Assembly (NCBI GenBank): GCA_020137815.1
Contig: CM035351.1
Coordinates: 2,108,001-2,172,000, forward strand
Reading direction: 5' to 3'
Length of the DNA: 64,000 nucleotides
From: Hormiphora californensis
Lineage: Eukaryota > Animalia > Ctenophora
Below are positions 53,231-62,625 of the stretch, one piece after another. Below the pieces are notes generated by a model. It was not told the origin of the DNA, did not search any database, and saw only the letters and a program-made list of their open reading frames with translations. Position numbers and translations under genes: made by a program. The stretch's first letter is position 1, and every line of letters begins with the position of its first letter.

Positions 53231-54529
53231 ATGTCCTCTACAAATACAACTGAGGAACAACTGCGGATAATCTCGGAGCTGGTAGCTGAAGCGGATACCC
53301 CTGTCAAGGAGGTGCTCCAAGCCTATGATCCTGAGTTAACCTATGAGGAGATGCTACCGAAGATCGAAACACTCCCTGTAAGTGACCTAGAGGCTACTGC
53401 AGCTTTCCTCGGACAAGAGGTGACATGTGTGACTGGAGCGAAAAAATACCACTCAGAGAGAACACTGTCAGACTGGATTATCATGAGGACTGAGGCTCTC
53501 TTTCCCCAAACATGTAGAGAGTGTAGTGAATCCTATACGGTGAAAAGGACTGATACACCCCCTGTTCGGTGTAACTATTGCGATGCTGGACTTCACAACT
53601 GTGCGGCTATCCTTGCTGAAGCTGGGAACACAACCAACACAAGGAGCCGAATATGGATGTGCAACGACTGTGTCTCAAAACATACTATTGAGAGGTTCAA
53701 CAGTCACCTACCTGAGGGAGGTCCTCCAAACCCTACTCTTAATTCAACTCGACGCAGTTCAAATAGAGAGGTATTGGACAGAAGGACCAGTCAGCCTGCT
53801 GGCGGACGGAACGATCTTGCTGGCAGAAGGAATAATGGCCCACCTACCGGTGGAGATACAGGGTCGGACACGGAGGTTTGTAAATTCTACCTGCAGAGGA
53901 GATGCCGACACGGCAAAAACGGAACCGCCAGGGTTGGAAACAGAACCTGCCCAAAAGCCCACCCCACCCTGTGTAAAAAGTTCTGTAACTATGGAACCAT
54001 GAGGAGATTTGGATGTAATACTGAAAATTGCAACCTATTTCATCCTCCCCTCTGTAAGAACTCAGAGTTACGTCACCAGTGCTTTAAACAAAACTGCATG
54101 AAGCAACATCTAAAAGATACTCAGCGGAGCCCGCCTTTTAGAGTTGATGAAGCACCCCGGAACACTGGTTTAAATGCTCGGAATGATCGTGACAGAAACC
54201 AATCCTCTCGGAGCAGGGGTGCAAACCAAGCACCTCCAAATGAACCAGGAATCTGGTCGTCTGAGCCAACTAGGGATAGGATACCAAGCAGATCCCAATG
54301 GCCTCAGGATCAGAACAGGGGCACGAGGCCTGACCCAGACCCGGCTTTTTTAGACGCCATCATCGACCGTCTCAGGGACTCTATAGCCGGGATAGTGAGG
54401 ATGGAAATGAGGAATCGCCCGGAGCGGGAGCCCGACCAACAGCACTACAGCTCCCAGCCGACCCAACTCCCGCCAGGAATGGGCAACACATACAGTCCTC
54501 ATCATCAGAGGGACAGACGGTCTTACTAA
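53231..54529 (+). CDS. CR1 ORF1 with PHD-like finger and CCCH zinc fingers
   Basis: CREC...CNYC...HNC...WMCNDC; CKFYLQRRCRHG...CPKAHP, CKKF...C...CNLFHP, C..S...CF...C..QH. An in-frame ATG also exists at 53216. Confidence 0.85.
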   Translation: MSSTNTTEEQLRIISELVAEADTPVKEVLQAYDPELTYEEMLPKIETLPVSDLEATAAFLGQEVTCVTGAKKYHSERTLSDWIIMRTEALFPQTCRECSESYTVKRTDTPPVRCNYCDAGLHNCAAILAEAGNTTNTRSRIWMCNDCVSKHTIERFNSHLPEGGPPNPTLNSTRRSSNREVLDRRTSQPAGGRNDLAGRRNNGPPTGGDTGSDTEVCKFYLQRRCRHGKNGTARVGNRTCPKAHPTLCKKFCNYGTMRRFGCNTENCNLFHPPLCKNSELRHQCFKQNCMKQHLKDTQRSPPFRVDEAPRNTGLNARNDRDRNQSSRSRGANQAPPNEPGIWSSEPTRDRIPSRSQWPQDQNRGTRPDPDPAFLDAIIDRLRDSIAGIVRMEMRNRPEREPDQQHYSSQPTQLPPGMGNTYSPHHQRDRRSY

Positions 54530-57500
54530 ATACAGCAGGACCCTCAGTTCCCAGTAATCTCTCAAAACTGTTGCTTCTAAACGCCCGTAGCCTGAACCCG
54601 TCTGCGGGCAGTGAGGCAAGGTTCAAACTGGAGAACTTGAAGGACACCATTATGAACTCAAATATTCCTGTCATGGCTGCAGCCATCACGGAAACTTGGT
54701 GGCGGGCAGAATACTCGGACGCACAGGTTAATATTCCTGGTTTTTCTGTCATCCGCAGCGATCGGGAAGGTAGGGTTGGGGGTGGCTGTGCCCTCTATCT
54801 CCACTCATCGGTGACCCCTTCCGATCAGATCACATTTTCAGATGAAAGCAACAGTGTTGTGGCGGTATACATTCCAAACATGAACTGTATTATCTCGTCA
54901 GTTTACAGGGCTCCCACAGTGCCTGTGAACCTAGTTCTTGGGATTTTGGAGGAATTTATCTCACGTCACTCGTGTGAAGATTGTCCTCCAGATGTGTTTA
55001 CGCTTGGTGACTTTAACATGCCTCAGGTAAACTGGACATCAGTATCAGCGGATCAGGGAAATGCTCTGGTTGACTTTGCTGAGAGAAATTTCCTTACCCA
55101 GTTGGTTACAGAGCCTACTAGAGGACGGAACATTTTAGACATTGTACTTACAAACAGGGTGGATTATGTTTTTGACACCGATGTATCAGCCACCCAGATG
55201 TCGGACCACTCCATGGTGTCTTGTGTCCTCGGAATCGGGATCCACCAGTCCAAAACAGAACGTGCAGCAGCTGGAAAAGGATTCAAGGCCCTTGACTACC
55301 ACAACGCAGATTTTACTGCTGCAGGAGAGGAGCTGAGCAGTATTGATTGGGACACACTCCTATCCTCTTGTACTTCAGACGATGATGGCCACTCAATTGT
55401 GCAGTGTATCAGAGAGAAGATACTAGAGGTATTTGAAAAACACAGCAAGAGAAAGAGGTTTGGTACCCAGAGAAAGAGAGATCCCTACCTGAGAAGACTG
55501 AAAAGGAGGCAGAAAAAGCTGAACTCTCGGATGAAACTGGCCAAGCAGAGATGCTCACACCAGTCCCTCATCGATAAACTCGAACGCAAGATAGACAAGA
55601 CAGCCGATAAGATTAAGGCGTACTTGTTAGGCCTGCTGGAAGTAAAGGAGAGGAAAGCCATTGACACTATCAAATCAAATTCACGGTTTTTCTGGTCCTT
55701 TGTCAACAAGCACCGAAAAATCAAATCGAGTGTGGCTCCACTCCTGAGACCTGATGGTACAGTGACTGATGACCCTCTGGAAAAGTCAAATATTCTCCAG
55801 TCGCAATATGTAGGAGTATTCAGTGATCCGTCCATGTGCTCGGTTGAGGAGGCTATCAAGGACATTCCTTCTACGACCTGCACGCTAGATGAACTTGACT
55901 TCACCCCTGGTTGTATTGAAGCTGCACTGGCTGAATTGGACCCCTACGCTGGAGCACCTTCAGATGACATACCTGCGGTTATACTATCAAAGTGCCGGAA
56001 ACAGCTAGCATACCCACTTTGGTTGCTCTGGAACCGTTCATTCACTGAGGGTGTTGTACCAGGTTGTCTCAAACGGCAACAGGTGACCCCAATTTTCAAA
56101 AAGGGTTCAAAGATGGAGGCTAAAAACTATCGCCCTGTTGCCCTCACATCCCATATGATAAAAACTTTTGAAAGGGTTGTGAGGAACAAAGTTGTGGATC
56201 ACCTGGAGGGAAATGGAATCTTCAATGATGGTCAGCACGGCTTTCGGAGAAATAGGAGTTGTCTGACCCATCTTTTGAACCACTATGACAACATCATGCG
56301 TGAACTGAATAACGGTCTGGAAGTGGACGTTGTTTATTTGGATATGGAGAAGGCGTTCGATAAAGTCGATATCAAGGTTTTATTGGGCAAGCTTGAGAAG
56401 TATGGTATACGTGGAAGACTTCTCCGCTGGATAAGTGACTTTCTTTCAGCTAGAATACAGACAGTAGTGGTGGATGGAGTTCAGTCTCGGCCGGAACTCG
56501 TCATTAGTGGAGTCCCCCAGGGCACTGTTCTTGGCCCGCTTCTGTTCTTGGTTTATATGATAGACATTGAATCACTTCTTGCTGGAACAGTCCTAACTTT
56601 TGCAGATGACTCCAAGCTGTGAAAAGCGATCAGGTCACTCAACGACAGAGATAACCTGCAGCTGAGTCTTAATGAATTTGGACGTTGGGCTTCAGACAAC
56701 AATATGTCACTCCATCAGGATAAGTTTGAGGTGATAAATTATACACTTCGCTCCACCCAACTCCTGAGGGAGCTTCCTTTCTCCACTGACAATTATCTTT
56801 ACAATGGTCCCGGAGGCGAGGCAATATCACCAAGTTTCACTGTGAGAGATCTAGGGGTCCTTGTATCTGCAGACTGCACTTGGTCAGAACACATAGGCAG
56901 CATTACTGCCAAGGCTAGACGCATGAGTGGCTGGGCACTTAGTGTATTTCGGGATAGATCCGATGATACTATGCTAACGTTACTGAAGTCCATCATTAGG
57001 CCTCAGGTGGAGTACTGTTGTCCATTATGGAGCCCGGTGAAAAAGTCTGATATCGCCCTGGTTGAAGAGGCTCAAAGACACTTCACACGTAGGATTGAGA
57101 GCTGTTCCGGCATGGGGTACTGGGATCGGCTCCAACATCTTGGTATCTTGTCCCTCCAGCGGCGTCGTGAGCGATACATGATTATCCATGTCTGGAAGGT
57201 TCTTCATGAGGTAGTTCCAAACGGCACGGGTCTCCTGTTTACTGAGCACACCCGTCTTGGTACCAGAGCATTGGTCCCCCGCTACAATTACCTCGCTCAA
57301 AAATCCATATCTGGCCCTTATGACTCATCATTCGGTGTTAGAGGAGCACAGTTGTGGAATTCCCTACCCCGTGCAGTGAGAGAGGCAACATCACTGCTCG
57401 AGTTGAAACAGTCCCTTGGGTCCTACTTAACCACCATCCCCGACCAGCCACCTGTCCGCGGTTACCGGGTGGAGCACAGTAACTCCTTGATTGATTGGAG

Positions 57501-57540
57501 AAATGACCCCAGTGTGTTTAAAGAGATGGGCGAATCATAG
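54346..57540 (+). pseudogene. CR1 ORF2 (APE endonuclease + RT) with one in-frame TGA at 56620-56622
   Basis: LNARSL, ITETW, GDFN, LDIVLTN, SDH, NYRPVALTS, QHGF, KAFD, GVPQG, FADD; ORFs 54571 and 56704 are in the same frame; LQRRRER CR1 C-terminus. Confidence 0.88.
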
Positions 57541-58113
57541 AAATGTGTTTTGCTTTTCATTGTCATTTGGCTGATACATATAACCTGCTGACTTTCCATG
57601 TCATCTGAGTGTTGGCTCCTTTTGAGCTAAAGCTTTGTGTACAATACTAAATTTATTTACGAATGTTTACGAATGTTTACGAATGTCTAACCCTAAAAAC
57701 CGCGAGTGCTGTCACTCCAAACAGTAAACACCCAGATTTTAACTTTGGCCAGGCAGAAAAAAACTGAAAATGCGTTTTCGCCGAATTTTGTGCTGCAAAC
57801 TTGACTGAATTAAGCGCCATAGCACGGCCGCGGCTAAAAAATTTCCAAAAACTCTGCAAAAGGGGAGCCGCGCACAATGCGATGTAGCTCAGCTCGGTTC
57901 ACCAAAACTTGAGACCTGGTTTCGAAAATGAAAAAATGAAACTTTCCTTTCGCGGTTCGCACTTCGCCGTTGAAAAGCGCTGCTTAATCACCCGATTGCG
58001 GAGTGGGACCTCATGACAAGCTACCAAAATACTTGGCTAAAACTCAAAACTAATTTGTCTTTAAATTTTGAACTTCCCTTGAAGAAGGTCGACCCTCCCC
58101 CGCCGCGCATTCA

Positions 58114-58154
58114 TTTCAAACTTTTCAACACTACTTTAAACAAATTAATTTGAG
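58114..58154 (+). other. Spliced-leader exon copy 2 at the L2 5' end
   Basis: Identical 41-mer to 53154-53194 (44 nt including the following GTG). Confidence 0.88.
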
Positions 58155-58188
58155 GTGGTACCTCGTGCCCCTCAATCCCCCTGTAGAA

Positions 58189-59379
58189 ATGTCCGGAGCA
58201 CGTGATGGAGCACTAACAAGAGGTGCAGCAAAGAGGGGTGGTACACGTACCTGCCTGGGGTGCAAAGCAGAAGAACAGGACGCAGATAACACAGATGTGA
58301 GTACTGGAAGGGGTTGGTGTTGGTTGTGCGAGGGATGCTATGGTCGTGTTCAGGGCGGTTGTTGTTTACCTGAGGTTAGTAGTCCAGTTGAGGGTGGGGC
58401 GCCTACTGAGGCGGATGCTGTAGGGGTGGTTCTAAATGACGGGACCTGTGAGAAAATAGCATCGATGGTTGTTGCGGCTTGTGGGTTGAAAGTTGACTGT
58501 CTGGTCAGCAAGATAGCTGACAAACTGGTCGAATATAGTGTGGAAGGGAGTGGTTTAGAGGATAGAGTTGGGGTTGAGCGGGGTTCTTTTGCAGATGTAG
58601 CAAAAAAGCAAACGACTGGTAAGATTGTGGTGAAGAATGGAGGAGAGGGTTTTGTTGATCGTGCCTCGGAAGCCCTAAGTAAGACCCCTTTAACGTACCT
58701 TAGACAGGAGAAGGATGGGAGTGTTATCATAGCTCTTCCAGATGAAGAGACTCTGTCCTCTGCAGAAAAACGATTGACTGAAATTATCCCAGAGAATGCA
58801 CAAGTTACCAAATCGGTCCGTCACCCGAAAATAACCATCAGAGACTTTCCTTTGCCATCGGCGGTTTCTGCACGGAATGCTTCTGTACGGGATGCTTCTG
58901 TACGGGATGAGCTGAATGCGAAGATCACAGAGGCCGTTAAGATAAAGAACCCTGATCTGAGAGATTTGATTGAAAGGGGTGACAAGTTCGATGTGGTATA
59001 CGTAGGTAAGAGCGGAAATAGGGAAACTGCACCAGTGGGGGTGAGAGTGTCATGCGACATTAGGGACTTGCTGACACGTAAGGGACGTGTATTTATTGGA
59101 AACAGTTCCTGCAGGGTTGAAGACCGTCATTATATCCCACAGTGTTATAAATGTCAAAGGTATGGTCATAAGTCTAATGAATGTGAACAGACAAGTTATA
59201 CTTGCAAGTTCTGTGCCGGATCCCATGATACCAGACGCTGTCCGGACATGTCGAGGGTTTGTTGTGCTAACTGTTTGAAATCGAGGGATACACAACTACG
59301 AGGAAGAGCATATTACCATAATGCGGGATCTTTGGATTGTCCAGTATACCTCCTCAAACTCAGGAACTCAAAAAACTAA
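58189..59379 (+). CDS. L2 ORF1, gag-like with three CCHC-type knuckles
   Basis: QCYKCQRYGHKSNEC, CKFCAGSHDTRRC, CANC...HNAGSLDC; N-terminal Cys motif; ends SKN*. Confidence 0.88.
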   Translation: MSGARDGALTRGAAKRGGTRTCLGCKAEEQDADNTDVSTGRGWCWLCEGCYGRVQGGCCLPEVSSPVEGGAPTEADAVGVVLNDGTCEKIASMVVAACGLKVDCLVSKIADKLVEYSVEGSGLEDRVGVERGSFADVAKKQTTGKIVVKNGGEGFVDRASEALSKTPLTYLRQEKDGSVIIALPDEETLSSAEKRLTEIIPENAQVTKSVRHPKITIRDFPLPSAVSARNASVRDASVRDELNAKITEAVKIKNPDLRDLIERGDKFDVVYVGKSGNRETAPVGVRVSCDIRDLLTRKGRVFIGNSSCRVEDRHYIPQCYKCQRYGHKSNECEQTSYTCKFCAGSHDTRRCPDMSRVCCANCLKSRDTQLRGRAYYHNAGSLDCPVYLLKLRNSKN

Positions 59380-62285
59380 GAAACGATAAAGGACAACTAC
59401 TGAAAAACAGGACTTTGAAGGTTGGTCTGGCAAACTGCTTCTCGCTAAGGAATAAGGTGTACTCCATTATCGAGTTAATGGTTCAACATAATCTTTCCTG
59501 CTTAGCACTAACAGAGACCTGGCTCAATCAAGATGAATCGGCATTGGCTGTAGAGTTTAAAGAGTTTGGCTTTACATTGGTTAATACTGCGAGACGTAAT
59601 GGGAAAAAAGGGGGAGGAGTTGGTTTCATTTTCCGGGATGACATCAAGTTTACTACTTATAACATCAAATCTACTTCATTTGAATGTACCGAGGCATTTG
59701 TAAAGGGAAGGGTAGGACTTCGCTTTTCAGTTGTCTACAGAACGGGGAATGAACATGCCCAATTCCTTACTGAGTTTAGTGACTATCTATCCTCATTCGT
59801 ATCGAAAGGTGGTGTTCCTGTGATCCTTGGAGACTTTAACGTTAGGTTCCAAGATGAGGCGGATAGTTTTACAAGGAGATTTAAGGACATCATTGATTCA
59901 GAGGGTTGGTTACAACATGTGGTTGGCCCGACTCACACCAGGGGTGGAACACTAGACCTGGTACTGACAAGAAAAGACGAAGACATTGGTTTAAGTGATG
60001 TTGAGGTATATCGTTCTCCGGCTTTACCAGATCATTCCCTTGTGAGCTTCTGCCTGGAAGTTTCTGGTATAAGTTCCACATCAGACTATAGGACGGCCAC
60101 TAGTCGAATGATGAAAGACTTCGATATAGAAGATCTAAGAAGTGACGTACTTGGATCGGATCTGTGTGGGGAGCTACCTGATGATTTAGATGACTGTGTA
60201 GCGCTATTCAATACTGAAACTCGATCATTCATGGACAAGAGAGCACCATATGTAACCAGAAGAGTGAAAACTAGAAATGAACAATGGTATAACCAGAACT
60301 ATGATAAATGTCAGTCAGCCAAGAGGATGCGAAGGAGAAAGGAAAGAAAGTACTGGGGTAAATTGGGGAAATCAACAGATCCAATGGAGTTGTTGAATTT
60401 GTACCAGGATTATGCTGAACAAGACAAAGAGACTGAGCGGGTGTTACGGAGTGTGAGAGAAGGATTTTTTGCAGCGAAGCTAGAAGGACAGCGGCATGAT
60501 CCACGGGGAACATGGCAAACCACCAACTATCTCTTGGGTAGACAGAAACCAGCGGTTGTACCTACTAACATAGCACATACGGATCTAGCTGATTCTTTTA
60601 TGGCTGCTTTCAAAGGGAAGGTCGAAAAGATCTACAGTGCGATGGATAAGGAACGACAAGACTTGCCCCACTTTCAAGACCCCACTACACATTCCAACAC
60701 ACCGCCTGATTTCGAGTTTACAAGCATCTCTGATGAGACACTCCGAGCAACTTTATTTGACATGGGGACAAAGCATTGTGAGTTGGATCCTCTTCCCACA
60801 TCATATGTGCGGAGTCTCTTTGCTGAATTATTGCCTATCCTTTCTAAAATCGTCAACTCTAGCTTAACCACGGGGGTCTTTCCTTCCGAACTCAAGACTG
60901 CTCTGATTCGACCCCTCATCAAGAAAGCTGGTCTAGATCCGGATGATCTTGGTAACTATAGACCCGTCAGTAACTTGCCTTTTCTTGGTAAACTTATCGA
61001 GAGATGTGCAGCAGATCAGTTTGTGAAGCACCTTGAAGACCATGCGTTACTGCCCAAAAACCAGTCTGCCTACCGTGCGAACAAGAGCTGTGAGACGGCG
61101 ACTCTCCGCATTCTGGATGATCTACTAATGCTAACAGACGATAAATCGAAGGTTGCACTTTTACTCTTAGATATGAGTGCTGCATTCGATACTGTTAACC
61201 ATTCTGTCTTGCTGCAACGACTTAAGAAGTTGTATGGGGTGAAAGGTACATCTTTAGCATGGTTTGAGAGCTATCTCACGGGCAGAACTGCGTCAGTATC
61301 GGTTGGGCAGGTTAAGTCGACTCTTACAGCAATTGGTATCGGGGTGCCTCAGGGTTCTATTTTGGGCCCTATTCTTTTTATATGCTACACTGCAGAGCTG
61401 GAATCGATTGCCTTAAGGAATGGTGTACATATTCACTTTTATGCTGATGATACCCAGATATACGCCGCTTTTTCGACTGAGAACTTTGCGGAGACCGAAC
61501 GGAGACTTCGAAAGTGTGCCACGGACATTCAGTCTTGGCTAACGGCGAGCTTCCTGCGTCTCAATCCATCTAAGACTGAGATCCTGATATTATCGCCTAA
61601 AGACTCCAATACTCAAAGCTCTTTCCAGCTGGTTGAGGGCGCTGAACCTTTACCTGTTGCTACTTCTGTGAGGAATCTGGGAGTGTATTTTGATGATAGG
61701 CTATCTTTTGATGAACATGTGACCAGAATCGTCAACTCCTGTAATGCTACATTGGTGAATCTATGGAGGGTAGGAGGTAAACTTTCAAGGAAACTAAAGA
61801 CTACCCTTGTGGCGAGCCTTATACACTCTAAGTTGGACTACTGTAACTCCCTGTTGACTGGTATTACGAAGAAGAATTTAGACAGACTGCAAAAGATCCA
61901 GAATGCTGCTGCAAGGTTCATTTATGGCCAGAGAAAATGGAGGGGTACTACCAACTTGAGAAAGGCACTGCACTTTCTCCCAGTAGCTGAGAGAATTGAG
62001 TTCAAAGTATGTGTACTGGTGTATAAATGTGTCAACGGTGTTGCACCTGGCTACTTATCTGACCGAATTCAAAAAAGAAAGAGGAAATCTATGAGTCTCA
62101 GAAAAGATGACGACAACCTTCTCTTGGAGACACCAAGGGCTAGGTATAAACTAAACGAAAGTGCCTTCAGTGTATGCGGCCCAAAGTTTTGGAACCAATT
62201 GCCAAGAAGACTTAGATCTGCTGAATCCTTAAACAGTTTTAAAAGAGATCTGAAGACGCATCTGTTTGGAAAGGCATTTGGGTAG
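59370..62285 (+). CDS. L2 ORF2 APE endonuclease + reverse transcriptase, intact
   Basis: NCFSL, LTETW, GDFN, TLDLV, DH, NYRPVSNL, QSAYR, AAFD, GVPQGS, YADD, SKLDYCNSLL, QNAAAR, WNQLP. Confidence 0.95.
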   Translation, partial: KKLRNDKGQLLKNRTLKVGLANCFSLRNKVYSIIELMVQHNLSCLALTETWLNQDESALAVEFKEFGFTLVNTARRNGKKGGGVGFIFRDDIKFTTYNIKSTSFECTEAFVKGRVGLRFSVVYRTGNEHAQFLTEFSDYLSSFVSKGGVPVILGDFNVRFQDEADSFTRRFKDIIDSEGWLQHVVGPTHTRGGTLDLVLTRKDEDIGLSDVEVYRSPALPDHSLVSFCLEVSGISSTSDYRTATSRMMKDFDIEDLRSDVLGSDLCGELPDDLDDCVALFNTETRSFMDKRAPYVTRRVKTRNEQWYNQNYDKCQSAKRMRRRKERKYWGKLGKSTDPMELLNLYQDYAEQDKETERVLRSVREGFFAAKLEGQRHDPRGTWQTTNYLLGRQKPAVVPTNIAHTDLADSFMAAFKGKVEKIYSAMDKERQDLPHFQDPTTHSNTPPDFEFTSISDETLRATLFDMGTKHCELDPLPTSYVRSLFAELLPILSKIVNSSLTTGVFPSELKTALIRPLIKKAGLDPDDLGNYRPVSNLPFLGKLIERCAADQFVKHLEDHALLPKNQSAYRANKSCETATLRILDDLLMLTDDKSKVALLLLDMSAAFDTVNHSVLLQRLKKLYGVKGTSLAWFESYLTGRTASVSVGQVKSTLTAIGIGVPQGSILGPILFICYTAELESIALRNGVHIHFYADDTQIYAAFSTENFAETERRLRKCATDIQSWLTASFLRLNPSKTEILILSPKDSNTQSSFQLVEGAEPLPVATSVRNLGVYFDDRLSFDEHVTRIVNSCNATLVNLWRVGGKLSRKLKTTLVASLIHSKLDYCNSLLTGITKKNLDRLQKIQNAAARFIYGQRKWRGTTNLRKALHFLPVAERIEFKVCVLVYKCVNGVAPGYLSDRIQKRKRKSMSLRKDDDNLLLETPRARYKLNESAFSVCGPKFWNQLPRRLRSAESLNSFKRDLKTHLFGKAFG

Positions 62286-62385
62286 TTTTGGCGTTAGAAG
62301 TCTTCTGTGTGGGTTGTGGTTTGTTTTATGTCCTGGCGTTTGTGTTAGGCTTTGATTGCATCGGGGGTTTGTAGTGTGGTCTTCC

Positions 62386-62625
62386 GGTGGAGTCTGTGAA
62401 GTGGTGGTGGGGTCTGTGAAGTGGTGGTGGTGTCTGTGAAGTGGTGGTGAGGTCTGTGAAGTGGTGGTGGAGTCTGTGAAGTGGTGGTGAAGTTTGTGAA
62501 GTGGTGGTGGAGTCTGTGAAGTGGCGGTGGAGTCTGTGAAGTGGTGGTGGAGTCTGTAAAGTGGTGGTGAAGTATGTGAAGTGGTGGTGTAGCATGTGAT
62601 GTGGTGGTAGGGTCTTTGAAGTGGT
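62386..62625. repeat. 20-bp minisatellite (~12 copies)
   Basis: Unit GTGGTGGTGGAGTCTGTGAA. Confidence 0.9.

Larger units (their letters stand above)
53154..57686 (+). mobile_element. Full-length CR1-clade LINE
   Basis: ORF1 + APE/RT ORF2, short 3' UTR, (TTTACGAATG)3 tail; possible TSD TAACCCTAAA at 53137-53146 and 57688-57697. Confidence 0.92.
52892..57993. mobile_element. Non-autonomous DNA element (Helentron/MITE-like) split by the CR1 insertion
   Basis: 15-bp inverted repeat GCAGCGCTTTTCAAC (52900-52914) / GTTGAAAAGCGCTGC (57969-57983); a degenerate (TAACCC)n tract continues on both sides of the LINE. Confidence 0.65.

Noticed and set aside
53154-53260. SL copies as functional SL RNA genes
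   Set aside because: Sequences diverge 3 nt after the exon, with no shared intron or Sm-type site, and lead straight into LINE ORF1s.
56620-56622. Selenocysteine or alternative genetic code
   Set aside because: TGA terminates other genes in the window and no SECIS is evident; a nonsense mutation is simpler.
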